In this document: positions 25,942-39,100 of the stretch, piece after piece
Position numbering within the stretch: the first letter of the stretch is position 1
Layout of the letters: each line of letters opens with the position of its first letter
The notes under the pieces: model-generated
What the model was told of the DNA's origin: nothing
What the model saw: the letters and a program-made list of their open reading frames with translations, nothing else
Databases searched by the model: none
Assembly (NCBI GenBank): GCA_021432655.1
Contig: MU271242.1
Coordinates: 1-64,000 of the forward strand
Direction: 5' to 3'
DNA: 64,000 nt
Origin: Atractiella rhizophila
Lineage: Eukaryota
Position numbers and translations under genes: made by a program

Positions 25942-27694
25942 TCAAGACTGAGCTCCGAACCACTTCAACCGCCACATACCAGCCCTGAGGCCCCCAGCAA
26001 CACTCATCCACTTCCCATCTCCGTCAAATGCTACATCTTTCACACGTCCAACAGGCGTATCTTTCCTCGGCCAATTCTCGAACACTGTTAGACTGGGTAG
26101 GTGAAGAAGCCTAAGCGCTCCCTTTTTCTCTTCAGAAGCCATTGCGAGAATCGAACTGGAGGGATGGAACGAAAGCATCGTTGTTGGGGTTGTGAGATTT
26201 CCTATCGACTTGAGAGAAGGACGGGTGGCCCCGGAGTAAGTGGATGGGGAGGAAGCGTCGTATATGTTCACAATGCCTGTTTTTGAGCTGAAAGAGGCGT
26301 GATGTGAGCTAAAGTACAGATTGAAGAGGAAAGGTAAAGTGACGCACCTTACTCCTAGCCAACGCTCGGAATGATCCATGGCTAGTTTTACAGCACTGAA
26401 TCCTCCGCTGTCCCGCCATTTATCCCTGGCCCGTCGTTCTGCGACATCGAAGACAAATATCTCTTGGTCCTTTCCACCATTCAAAACCCAAAGCTCCTTC
26501 CCTTGTCTGGCCCAGATGAAATCTTTCACCTGATCATCCTCTATAAGAATTGTGTCCCAAATCGAAGAGACGGCACACCATATTGTTATCTGGCACTTTG
26601 AGGTCTCCAACGATGCTCCATCCCCGCGTATCCACAAGATGGACATATCCTCCTTTTCCAGTGATAGCCATTAAATTTCCCTTCTCTCCTCCCACACGAA
26701 ATAGATCGATGCTTCGCGAATCTGTCTCTCTTTTGCCCCCTCCCAATGCCCCCGCAAACATACTTGGCGGAGAAGCGGTCACCACATCCTTCGCGAGGTC
26801 GTAAGACATGATTGATGGTTGTTTCCCCGAAAGATATATCTGACTTCCGGAGGGGGAGAAAGAGGCGTGAGTCAAATTGAGAGAGGGAAAATGTACGGTC
26901 GATAAAAGGGCATTCTGGACGCCGTCTGCTTGGAACACCCGAAGTCGTCGATCCGAAGAGGCAGTATAAGCAATGGGAGCTATGTTGTGGAACTCAACGC
27001 GTTTAATGTCTCCCTTCGCCCAATTGTGTCAACTCAGGTTCTTCCTAGCAAACAGGACAGGGTCAACTCACAGTGCTGTATGCCTGCTGATTCAAATCGC
27101 GCACTCTCTCCATCTCAATCCGTCCTTCCGGCAATGCTCCCTTCCGTTTTTTCTCTCTACCATCCATGAGCTCCTCCCATACCTCATCCTCGTCATCACT
27201 TTCCGCCTCTCCTCGCTTACGCTTCCTAGCATCATCGACCCACGAAGGCTTAGGGTTGTTTTTCTCAAATTGCTTTCGCAGTCGCTTTTCATACTCCGTC
27301 CCCGAAACAACATCATCCGTTTCACTTTGACGGAGTTTCCGAAGAAGTGCGTGCGAGGTGAGAGAGACGGTGATGGTACTATCTGTAGGGTCGGACCACA
27401 GAGGTTTTTTACTTGTCCATACAACGGATGACGAAACTTGTGAAGGAAGATCTAGACCAGGTGCATCGAAAAAGAAAAGCTAAGGATATGATCAGATCTT
27501 TTTTCTTCACATTTTTCGTAACAACAACTCCCTCATACAGCTAGGGAAGGAACCCTCACCTGGTCATCAGGAACACCACTCTCAGGATCCTCATCTCCAT
27601 CTTCCCCTGACTTGACCTCTCGGCGACGTTTGCGAACGAAGTCCTTTCCAAACAAATTCTCTTCGAGTAATCGCTCTTCTTCCGAGTCTGACAT
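25942..27694 (-). CDS. UTP18: U3 snoRNP WD40 protein Utp18
   Basis: 'MSDSEEERLLEENLFG', 'LWSDPTD..LRKLRQSETDDVVSGTEYEKRLRKQF', C-terminal 'LRLLHLPSLTVFENWPRKDTPVGRV'. Confidence 0.93.
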
Positions 27695-28099
27695 CTTTAT
27701 TGGTTGCCAAAAGTCAAGGTAGAGGAGCGAAATTTGCCACCCAGTGTTCGCGTACGTATTGTTTGTTGGTGGCGTACCTTGGCTGTGACTCATGCTGCCA
27801 GGCAGGTCTGATTAAGGGAACTTGAAATGTGAAATGTAGGGGGACGACGATGACCTAGGGAAGTGACATTGTATGGTGTAGATTGCTTCACTTATCGGCT
27901 CCTGACTCACAATAGGTCCAGTAGGCTAGCAGCAGTAGTAGTTTCAGCTGATAAGAGGAACATCTGTCTAATCTGAGTCTCATGCAGAGCTATGATCGAT
28001 CGCTGTCTCTCTCAAGCACCATTGCATACATGGCTGCCATCTCAACTGGTGTGCCGTGCCTTCTAGAAGTTCCGTTCAAGGTTCTCGACTCGGAGCTTC

Positions 28100-29560
28100 A
28101 GCGCCTTAGCGAGCTAGGAACACCCGTTTCGTTTCAAGTTGATTTGAGCTCTTCAGGTTCAGTTGTTGAAGCACATTGAAGGTAACCCGTGGTAAAAGAG
28201 CAGGAACGGGGCCGCTCTTGACGGAAACCGTCCTTCTGCAGTATGGCACGAAGCATTGACGACTCGGATTTTGTGATCGCTTACCCACAGTTTCGTCCAA
28301 ATTTCGTAATTTTCTATTGTACAGTCCTGGAGCATAAGCTGGGGTATCACGATATCACGGAAGCTTCGAAGGGTGTTGTTCGAAGGCGATCGAAAGGGTA
28401 TGAAGAATAATGCTTCTTCGTACCATTCTCGGAGAGCCGTGGCTCTCCTTGGGAGGCTGCATCGTCGTTGACCCTTGGCCGATAACCAGTTTCTTTTCCT
28501 TCACCCGTGTGGCTCCCTGTCAGTTGCTCTGCCATGGCTAGCAGAAGGTTGACGCGACTCCCAATACGTTTGACTGCCTTTGTTCGGGGGTGATGGTCAA
28601 ATCTTTCTTTTCGTTATCGCCCGGCCGGATCCTAGTCCACAGTACTTTCACTGCTCTGAAGGTAGAGGTACATTTTTCCACTGCATAGCAGGCCTTCGAA
28701 TGACTTTGGACGTCTTGTTTCGTCCATTTTAAGGCACCCCGGTTTGTTATTTCTGAAAGTATATTCATTGAACTCTGTAGAAGATTTTCGACGGCTTTGC
28801 ACGTCTTGTCGCGCCCAATCTGGGGGACAAGAACAAAGGAGTTCGAGGTATCGCATTTTTGTGTTAATTGGGAGTTGTGCGACCAGTGTCCATAACGCCG
28901 GATGGCTGGTCTGGATAGCTTCCATCAAACTTTCTACGTCGGATTGTTGATAAGGTACATGCGATCCTTCTGATCACAAAAAGTATTCAGCACGACAGTG
29001 CTGATCAGGTTGATTTCCGCTTGTCTGTTTCAATTCTCAATGGCGGACCTGCTCACCTTATTCCATTCTGCATCTCACTTGTCCGCCGCCCAGCCTCCCA
29101 CGGGATCGGTACGTTGCTGCGTTGGCTTCCGAATGCCTTTGTCACTGCTTGCTGGAACGCGAGAATGTGGAGGAGTACCTCGGTAAGGCCTTGTGAAGCC
29201 GGAAGGAGGTCTTCTTCCGCCATGATCCTTCAAACCGCTCTTCGCTTCGTCCGGTTCCCCTGCTTCCGAGCAGTGGGTCTGTGCAAATTGCATGGCCTTT
29301 GCCCCGCCTACGAACTTCGCTGTTCCGCCCGGCTTTTAGCTTACCTGAAAGAGTGCCTGGAAAGAACTGGCTGGAAAGAGGCTGCTCCGAGCAAAGAGGC
29401 TCTCAATCTCAATCTCCCGACTGAAGCAATCGGATGCTGTATCGTGCTGTACATTAGATCTGGTCGGTCTGTACTTGGGCGTGCGTAGACCATGCTAATC
29501 CCAGAAGGACGGGGATGCTCGTGTTCATAGCCAATCGAGCTCGCTACACTCTGCTTTTCT
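28100..29560 (-). pseudogene. Possible decayed gene of unknown function
   Basis: Protein-like fragments in shifting frames (e.g. 'MAEEDLLPASQGLTEVLLHILAFQQAV', 'WARQDVQSRRK', 'WTKQDVQSHSK'); no intact model found. Confidence 0.25.
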
Positions 29561-29738
29561 TGATCTTTCGTGCTCAAACTTTGGTTTTATTCTGTACAGG
29601 ATGGATCGAAATGCTTCCCGATGCTTCTTGCCGATTCGAACGGGAGGTCAAACTATTTAAACTCTCAGCCTTCAGCAGCTTCAGCCTCAAATCAAGTTTC
29701 CACTATCTGTTACACAGGTTTACTCTTATCAATCTAAA

Positions 29739-30498
29739 ATGTCCAGCGAAGACTTTGCTCCTCCCAGTCGTCGGTTCAATCCTGACACCCTCCCCAGGTA
29801 TGTTCACTTCCACTTCCTCGCTCCTCCACCCAGACTCGTCACTGAATGTGTGCCTAGGCACGGGGCTTGTGTGAGCTGTCGAGAGAGAAAAATCAAGTGC
29901 GATGGAAAGCCAGTCAGTCTCGCCTTCCATGCATCCTGCGCTTTGTTTGCTCATTGGATTCTGTAATCGTACAAGAGATGCGGCCCGTGTGTTCGGAGCG
30001 CAATACATCGCAGTTTGAATCCAGATACGGTTTCCTGCGTCTATACATCCCCTCCTCCCAAGCAGACAGCAATAAGAGGTGCTTCTCCGTCATCGGCGAA
30101 AGCCCAACAAGAGGAAGAGAGGATCGCCGCACTGGAAGCTCGCGTCGGTTCGTATTGTTATCCATCCTCCGCATTGGGAACTTTTTGTCTGATAATGAAT
30201 GAACAATACAGCTCAATTGCAAGCGAACTTTTACAATTTTGACCAACAGCTTCAGGCTGCCTTTCAGTCTTCTCCTCCTTCCGACCATTCAAGCTCTGCA
30301 TCTTGGAACCTTAACTCGAGCCCTTCGATTGGTTCGGATGTGTCGCAGATTCTGGCCATGATGGACGTGGAGATGCAAGAGAGCCTCTGGAGGGCAGTGG
30401 TTACTATTCATCCTGAACTCCAGCTCGTATCGCTTGAGGACATGCTCAGGGAATACCCCTCCTTGTTGGGAGATTTTCTGGGAAACTTGGCCAATTGA
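29739..30498 (+). CDS. Small Zn(II)2Cys6 transcription factor
   Basis: Spliced 'HGACVSCRERKIKCDGKPRCGPCVRSAIHRSLNPDTVSCVY' has six Cys, followed by the coiled coil 'EERIAALEARV'; three short introns. Confidence 0.85.
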
Positions 30499-31327
30499 AA
30501 AAGGCTTGGGTTGTACATACCTGCCAAACTTTGTGCTGTTGTTATCACTTGTTATAATGTACTGTGAGTTTTGTGGAAGTGCTATGTATTTTTCAACATG
30601 TTGCGCTTGTAGCCGTTTTGAAGCAATCTTTTTGCATGATGAACTTCGACTGCATTGAGTGCTGTCTTTCTTCTCTTCATTTCTCTTTGTTTAGTATAGG
30701 TGCCGTAGAATCTGATATCCTATTCTAGGTGAAAGTTCATGTTTACGCCTATATTTCATGTTGACAGCCGCTCATGTTGCCGGGAACACCCCTTAGAGCG
30801 TTCCAAAAAAGTCACGGCTACTGATCACTGCGGTCAATTATGGAAGTGCGCACAGTCATTGATACAGCAGAAGACGGGGTCGTGGCTGAATCCATTGGCA
30901 ATCAAAGGCGCCACTCCAGGCTGATGAACCTCTTCCGGACTGCACAATAATTAACGTTCATTTCTCATAATAGCTGAATGGAACCCCGACAGAAAGATGA
31001 TTGCCAATGCTCATACTGCTTGTACGATTGTGAGCGCACGCACACGTTGGAGGCTAATTATTAGCGAGGACGGGGAGGCTTCAGAACAGAACTAACCAGG
31101 CAACTTGAAGGCGCTACAATCACATCGGGTCATATCTCGAGGCGTTTTTCTCTCGAAGCATGTAGGTTCATGACGGTCTGGCTCCAATGCCACTATGAAA
31201 GTCGCACAGATTCAAAGCAATCGACTCAGATCGTTCTGAGACTCGATGGACCAGAAAAACAACCAAAGACTGACTGTTGCTTATGTAATATTGACACGTG
31301 ATATGCTGCAGCGTGTGTAAATTTTTC

Positions 31328-33030
31328 ATGTCCACCATCGTTCGCTTCCCGCCAGCTCTCTTCCCCTCTCGCCTTTATGTATCCTACAGTGTACCTTACT
31401 CTCTCCTGCGTCACCGTCGGCACTATAACATTCTCGCCCTCGAATCCTCCGCCGATGACACTTGTGCCGCCGTCCTCACTTCTCCTCCCCCTCCCTCCCT
31501 CGCCTCCCTCGCCGTCTCTCCTCACAGGTCACGTGGTATACAGGAAGGTGTGAGGATATTGTCGAGCGTAGTGTTGAAGCAGGGCGACATCCATGAGAAG
31601 GAGGGAGGCATCAATCCGCTCTTGGCTCTCTGGCGACATCAGGCTGTCATGGTCTGTCTCTACCACTCTACCACTCTATACGTCGTGCTGGTTGTTAATA
31701 GAGTGGTGGGCCAGTAGCCTAAGGCGATCCAACAGGCTTTGGAAGAGAGTAACCTTACCATCGAAGACGTGGATGCTGTAGCATATACCAGGGGACCAGG
31801 GATGGGCAGCGGTCTATCAGTATGTTCGCTGGCGGCGAGGACGCTTGTGGGCAGCTTGAACGCTTCGCGGTCACTTGTTTCTGGGAAGGAGAAGAAAAAG
31901 GTGAAGCTCGTCGGCGTGCACCACATGGTTCGTATCCCTTTCGCTTTCGCTGAACCCTCCGTCTCTCTTTCTTTCGTCAGAACTAGTCCTTGGCATTATA
32001 TGCTCTTCTGCGCGTTTGGCAGGACTGATGGATACCACAGCAAGCTCACGCATTGACGGTTCTCTTTACCGAAGAGAAACCTCCAAACTTCCCTTTCCTC
32101 ACCCTCCTCCTCTCAGGCGGCCACACCCTCCTCGTTCTCGCACTCTCTAGCTCTCGCTTCCGAATTCTTATGTCGACAATCGACGAAGCCATAGGGTTCG
32201 TCATCCCTCTCTCCCTTTTCCTCTTACTAATATCACTTCTAATTGCTTCCATTCCTGCTCTTCCTCCACAGGAACACGATAGATATGGTCTCCCGCGCAC
32301 TCAACATTCCTTGGTCTCTCGGCTCCGGGTCACCCGGAGCAGCGCTCGAAGCCTTCGTCCAACCGACGTACGAGCCTTCGTTCCCCTTATCCCTCACGTC
32401 TGTGCCTCCACTGCCAATAGCCATGAGGGGTCGAGCGGAGTTCTCGTTCTCCGGTCTGCGGAGTAGTACTATTAGACTGATCAGTTCGCTCGAGAAAGGC
32501 AAGAAGGAGGATGGCAAAGTCGGAGAGGATGGCGTTGACGAGGAAGTGAGGAGGTTGGTTGGGAGGAGATTCGTGGATGCTGCTTTTGGACAGGTGGAGC
32601 AGAAGGTGGTTTATGCTTTGAGGTATTTGAAGGAGGAAGAGGGGATAGGTGAAAGCGAATTGGGTGGCTTGGTCGTTAGTGGAGGAGTTGCTAGCAATTT
32701 ACACCTTCGTAACACGTACGCTCTTTGCTTGCCTTGCCTAACAGGATTTAGCTGATTAATATTGAAACAGGTTAAGAAAAGTGTTGGATAAGAACGGATA
32801 CGGAGAGATGGGCCTCTACTTTCCCCCTCCAAAATATTGCACAGGTACGAAATCCCCTGCACGGAAATATGGTTGATGAGACACTTTCTTACTGACTTCC
32901 ACATTTCGGATGGGTAGATAACGCAGCCATGATTGCTTATGTCGCTTTGGACAAGCTGATACGGGGGAAAGAGGATGAAATTGGAGCTGAACATAGGCCG
33001 AAGTGGAGCATCGAGGAGTGCGAAGATTGA
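31328..33030 (+). CDS. QRI7: Mitochondrial tRNA t6A threonylcarbamoyltransferase (Qri7/OSGEPL1; Kae1/TsaD family)
   Basis: Presequence-like N-terminus; 'ILALESSADDTCAAV', 'AYTRGPGM', 'VHHMQAHAL', 'LLLSGGHT', 'FSFSGL', 'VVSGGVASN', 'CTDNAAMIA'. Confidence 0.92.
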
Positions 33031-33231
33031 TTAATATACTACTCTATTGTTTATACTCCTATAGTGGTGTTGCGTTAATATAGTCCTTGCCCTTGACACG
33101 GCTCTCCCTAGCTCCCTGGCAACCCTTGAACAAAGTCACGTGTTTGTAATCCCAACGTTTTTGTGTGTCCTTGGCGCGTCGCGGAGGCGTGTTCGGTCTA
33201 AAATTGGCTCTCCACATGACGCATTAACACT

Positions 33232-33402
33232 TTCAACTTTCAAGAGTTTTTCTGTCCCAAGAGTTTTTCTGTCCCACCTCCTCCTCGTCTGCCTCCTCCT
33301 CCTTTGCAGCCTGCCTTCGAGCTCCTTCAACTTTCAAGAGTTTTTCTGTCCCACCTCCTCCTCGTCTGCCTCCTCCTCCTTTGCAGCCTGCCTTCGAGCT
33401 CC
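33232..33402. repeat. Perfect 77-bp tandem duplication; the first copy carries an extra internal 17-bp duplication
   Basis: 33326-33402 repeats 33232-33325, apart from a doubled CAAGAGTTTTTCTGTCC in the first copy. Confidence 0.95.
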
Positions 33403-33525
33403 CTCTGCTCAGGCTCCGCTTCCAGTTCTCACCGCCGATCACAAGCGTAGCTGCACGTTTGCAGAAGACTGTCATCATCACTGGGTCAAGTACCATCAGA
33501 TAGCAGGTTATACGGTTGTTGGAAG

Positions 33526-34081
33526 ATGGCCACAGTCCCAGTTTACGCGATGCTCATCCTTGGTCAGTCCTTTTCCCATCACGACCATATTTTATCCATA
33601 CCAATGACCATCTATGCTGTTGCTGATGCTGACTGTCACTGAAACAGGGCTAGTCCTCGGCTTTGCTCTGGTCACGTTCTGCATCCTCGTCAGTCTATCC
33701 ATCTTCTTCGTTGGGACTCCCTTCAACTGATGATGATCCGTATGACATTGAACAGTACGAACGTCGAGTAGGATTTGGACCTCAGCCCAAAGGACCTCTG
33801 TCGGACGTGTTCCGTTGGACGCCAAGAGGCTTTCCTCGTTCTCATGTGGGTAGTGCTAGCGCTGCTGGAGTTGGAGTTGGTAGAGGAGGAGAGGTTGGAG
33901 GCGGGAGGTTTGGATTGCCGCCTGATTATAAGTCGAGTGAAGGTACGATCATCTTCCTATTCCTGTGTATTTTACGCTTGCTGAAACGGGATGCACAGAT
34001 TTGGAGTCCGCCTCTGATCTCTCTGCGTACCAAAACTCGTTGACGCATCTCAAGCCGCCTCCTACAGCTCAGATGCGATGA
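33526..34081 (+). CDS. Small single-pass membrane protein with a PY motif (hypothetical)
   Basis: Spliced model 'MATVPVYAMLILGLVLGFALVTFCILYERRVGFG...FGLPPDYKSSEDLES...QMR*' using three canonical introns. Confidence 0.6.
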
Positions 34082-34273
34082 TATCTCATCGATTTCTTAC
34101 CTCATACGTCGTACGCAGTCGCACCTCTTGACGAGTGTACCACCTCTCTCTGTGCAACAGATACATAGAATGTACTCTCATATCTCATCATAACACGACA
34201 CAAGACCTAGCCGATATCATATGCCCGAGAGAGAACTGAAAGATCCATTTCAGCACATTTGGTCACCGGGGTC

Positions 34274-35834
34274 TTATAGCTCGTCTAGTCCCTCCCCTTT
34301 CTTCTTCCTCTCCTGCATCTTAGCCTTCGCCTTCTCAATTCTCTCCTCCAGCTTCCCTTCCTTCGCCAAGCCAAGTAGTCTGTCCACGGTCATCACATTT
34401 ATTGATCAGCATGGCACTGGCCAACATAGGAGGATAGAGGAGAGGACAGATGATGTAGACGAACAGCTGATGGATAAACCCGATATGATTGTGCCTCCTC
34501 AAAGCATTTTCGAAATCCCAATTCTTCCTCTTTAACTCGATCTCTTCCAGCCTCTCATGAAGAATCGCGATTTCGGATTGATCCGAAGTGGACGAGATCT
34601 GGGATTCCAGTTTGGCCTTTTGATCTGCTATCTGCATTCCCAGTAACATTTGAGTATTGCAATTGCGCAAATGGAGTGGGATACGAACGATGGCCATCAG
34701 GTTGAACCTCACTGTCCACCAAACAACAATCAATATCGACTAATAGGTGTCGAGTGCGAGTGCAAACAACGGAGGGGGAGAGGAAAGACATACGTTCTCC
34801 GCCTCCATAGGTCGCTATCCTCCGCTCAATCACCTCTCGTGCTTTCTCCGTCCACTCCATCCCCTCCTTAATCGACCCATGGTTAACAGGTACAGGCCTC
34901 AATCCATCCAATTCGTACAACGAGCCATCTATTGGGAGATAAGTAATGAAATGGTACACTTCGTCCTCGTCAGTCGCCTTCCGTGCTTCTTCGAGTAAAA
35001 AGGGGTCGTTGCGCGCGAAACCGTTGTGTACTATCCCATGCAAGGCACAAATTAAGTGAATCGTCAATATCTGATTAGTTGACCTGTGGCACGGGGTGAA
35101 GGACGTACCTAGCCGGATCTCCTGTGAACCCTCAATCGTTAAACCAGCCGTTTCTGGATCTAAGGCGGCTGAGAAGGCTTTGAGGTTGGAAAGCAGCTCG
35201 CCAAGTTCTAGACCTGGAGAAGAGGAGGAGGAGGAAGGGAGGTTGAGAGTAGCATTGAGGAGGGCGAGCGTGCCACACGCGCTGCATCGATAGTGTTACA
35301 TGCATCATGCAACCGTGGAACCAAGGACGAACTTTTGAACAGTTTGTCGTGCGAACTACGTGAGACAGTTACTCTTAGCATATATACAGAGGGAGAAAGA
35401 ACGACGCACGTATCGTCCTCCCGAACCTGAGGTGTAGAAGTCGTAGTCTTCTCGACCTGTCTCTCCAGTTTCTGACTCTGGAATATCGTGTGCACCAGTT
35501 TTCCAACGGAAGAGGAAGATGACTGTTATATATTCGTTACCTAATTGTACGGGGGATTGGGGAGGAAGACTGACAAGCGTAGATAGGCCTGCAGTCGAAC
35601 ATTCAAGTTAAATTTTCATCTTCGCCTCAGCTCTGGAGACGAAAGCCAGGACGAACCGTAAGGAACCAAGGAGCTCTTCATCTAATGACCACAAGTCTTC
35701 TACCTCAAGCCCTTTCACGCCTAATTGCCAGAGAAGAGCTGAATATGCCTGATCAATTTCAGTTTGTAAGGAAGAAAGGACCGACTGGAAAACACGTCTG
35801 GCGAGCTCTCGATCGTTCCCCAATCGGCTGACAT
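34274..35834 (-). CDS. UCH37: Ubiquitin C-terminal hydrolase UCH37/UCH-L5 (peptidase C12)
   Basis: 'MSADWGTIESSPD', 'ACGTLALL', 'HNGFARNDPF', 'YHFITYLPIDGSLYELDGL', C-terminal 'WDFENALRRHNHIGFIHQL'. Confidence 0.93.
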
Positions 35835-36176
35835 TTCGATGGTTTATTTATGACAATATTTATGAGCGTTTCTAGTGAGTTTAAAGAGGCGTTTCGCAGA
35901 TTCTCGCTGGTATCGTGTCAGAGCTAACGACTCAAGCAAAGGAGGATGACGCGTTTTGATCATACCCCTTAGGCGGTTGATGTTGGGGGCCATGCAAGCC
36001 AGTGCCAAAAACGACGATTCTCTCCTTCCAAGCCCACCAAAGCAACGCGACTGTCTAATATTCGGCAATTACTCTTTATTACGACCACTCTCATAAGTTT
36101 AGCAAGCAAGACAGCTTTGGACTTTGACTTGGAAATTGGGATTGAGTGGATGCTGTTGCGAAGTGACTGAGTGATT

Positions 36177-39100
36177 ATGAAGATCAAGAGAACGCAGAAA
36201 CGGACTCCTTCGCCGGTTCGTCCTTTTCTCTTCATCTATATCCTACTTCTGCCGCTTTCGCAACTCTTTCTTTAACGGGCCGCCGGGGTCAACGGCCGCC
36301 GCCCCCCGGAAAACTTTTTGGTCTGAGTATGAGGATGCGCACGGGAGAGATGCGGATTAGTGGGGTTGCGCCTTGAATGGAGGATTGGAGATCAATTAAC
36401 CTTGGGCTTTGTTCCCTCGTCGTTCAAGTCGTCCCAACCACCATCCTACCCTGCTTTCTCTCCCTTTCGATATCGAAATGGATGGTTTTCGTGTCGAGTT
36501 GGTACGGACGGTCAATGCTCCACTTGATGCTTCTGGAACGTTGTTCGAGTGGGACTGGGTTGTGATGGGAGGGGACCCCAGAGCCAGGAGAACGAGGATG
36601 CCACTTGCGAGGGGATGGGGGAGGGGAGATGGAATCGTGCGTTTCTCGGCTTCATAGATGGGCCGGGTAGTCGATTCAGCGATCATCGTTCGGACGATGA
36701 TACCCTTCCTTTGAGTTAGGTCTGGACTGTACGCGATAAGACATTCCATCTATACAGACTATTCAACGCGTTTGAAACGCGCTTGAATGGCGGCCCAAGG
36801 CTTGCTGTACTTAGCGCCTAACTGGTCCTCTGTTGTTTGCTCACTTTGCATCATTCTCTTGTTTTCTCTTCCGTATTTTGCTATTGAATCACCCCGCTGA
36901 CTCGTCTTCCATTGATCCAATACAGCATCCTGATACCGCCGCTTTCATCACGTCCCTGCTCTCCCTACCCGAATCCTCACCTTCCCTCCTTCTTGATCAC
37001 CTACGTAACGTTGGGCCTACTTGGCCTTGGCCACGCACAGATTTGCAATATTGGATACGAGTTTTGAACCGCTTCGATGGAGTTTTGGAGGCGGCATTGA
37101 AGAAATATGAGTTTGGAATTGAGGGGACTGTTGTTGTTGGAGACTTGATGGAGAAGAAAGAGGAGCAGAAAGATACAGAGGGAGAGACGAAGGAAGGGGA
37201 GACGAAAGAAGAGGAGAGAAAAGAAGAAGAGGGGAAGAAGAAGGATAAGAAGGTTATGAGGATAAAGACGCGTTTCCAGTTGCGCGCATTCGAGGAGGAG
37301 GATAAGGCCTTGATCTTGGAGGTGTTACGGTTTCAACGGCTCTTGTTCGAGAACTCAACGAATCGCAAGATTTGGGCCGGTTATGATCGGTTAGATGACC
37401 TTTTCCTCTCTTGCGACTTGGACGTCGTGCGCTCAACGCTCCTCACCGCCCTTCGACCAGCGCATCAATATTCCGCTTCACTGCATCATCACTCTCATCA
37501 TTTCAAACTTGATTCAGAAGCCCTACTAGTTCTTGCCATGCCATGGGAGGTCCAGATGAGATGGGAAGGTGGGGAGGCAGAGGCAGAGAAGAGGGAAGAG
37601 GTCGAGTTTGATCGCTCTAAATACTCGAAAAGGACAGAAAACGGAGCTGCGGAGATGAAGGAAGATGGGATTGTCAACCTCAACGTTACACAGGTCCAGA
37701 ATTTGGAGGAAGAGGTGGAACGAGTGACTAGTGGCTTGGAGGTGCCGATCGAGGATCGGTTCTCTTTGTTGCAGAGGGCACGGATTGCCAATGCCCTCTC
37801 AGGGAAAGATCCAACACGCCGGAAAAAGCTGTTAGAGATCAAACTCCTTGCAGTCGGCACTTGGTGCCACCTCTGTAATGTGGATGGAAGTGCAGCGCAA
37901 GCGAAGCTGTTCACACAGGAGCCAGAAATCATTGCTCAGCTTGCAGATTTGATCCACCCCGATAAGAAGGATATACCGGTGGACGTGAAGACTGCCGCCT
38001 TCTATGCGATGGAAGGAATCATCAGGTTTAAACATAAGTCCAGCGAGGTGGCGAGCGCCGTGAATGCGAGTCTTAGTCATGGGATCTTGATGTGCGTAGT
38101 GAAGGACCTAGTGGAGGACCTGGCGAAGGAAGAAGGAAAAGGGGAAGAAGGAAGTTATGGAGCGGAGTTCATTGAAGCCATCTTTTCCTTCTTGAACGTC
38201 TTTCAGCAGACTTCGCATGTTGGAGGCATGGTCATTAACGCAGGAATAATTCAACTCCTCGTCCAGTTAATCAAGAATCCACAAAGGACAGCTGTCCTCG
38301 GTGTTCTGAAGGCGATCACACTCGTCGATCAGCTCATCTATACTTATCCTAATGGATTCAACATTTTCGCAACCTCGAATGGACTGCAGGTCTATGTTGA
38401 GAGGATCAAAGCGGTCATTGATATGTTGACGGAGGAAACGATGGCGAAGGAGATGTTAGAGTCTAGAAACGTCGACTCTCCTCAAGGTTTGTTCTCCTTT
38501 CTTCACACAAAGGGCAATTGACATCTCAGAGGCAGGACCACTCCCTGCCGACTTCGTCGCGTACCTCAAAGCTATTTTCCGCTCCCTCCATCGCATCATG
38601 ACTCAATCAGGCACCACTGAAGGGCTACGAAATCTTATCGATTCCTCCCTCACTGAATCTATAAAGAAGATCATAGGCAACCAGCGGCTCTTCGGTCCTC
38701 AGATCTACGCACTCGCTATCAACGTTATGTGCACTTTTGTCCATAACGAGCCTACTTCTCTTGCCGTGCTTCAAGACGCAAGTCTCCCTCAAGTATTCTA
38801 TGATTCTGTCGAGGAATACATTGCACCAGTCATTGATGTCCTTTCCGCCATCCCGCACGCCATTGGAGCGCTCTGTCTCAATGAAGTTGGGCTGAAACAG
38901 TTCAACGAGCGAAATATCATCCCGAAGCTCTTCAGCATCTTCTCTTCGGAAAAACACATCAAGGTTCTCCTTGATAGGGACAATGGCTCACTGCTCGGTG
39001 CTGCGTTCGATGAACTCATTCGGCATCATCCTACCCTGAAGCAACCCACCTTCGAGGCGGTTCAAACATTGATTCTTGATATTGAGAAACAGGGACAGGC

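Noticed and set aside
28100..30498. Divergent pair as a homeodomain mating-type locus
   Set aside because: No WFxNxR motif; the plus-strand gene is a Zn2Cys6 factor.
33140..33607. 155-aa ORF, and a CRISPR- or element-like reading of the 77-bp repeat
   Set aside because: A simple two-copy tandem duplication with no spacers or termini; the ORF is low-complexity.
36300..36345. TPP riboswitch or Sm snRNA in the TOM1 intron (CTGAG, ACTTTTTGG)
   Set aside because: The remaining TPP core and snRNA signature sequences are absent.
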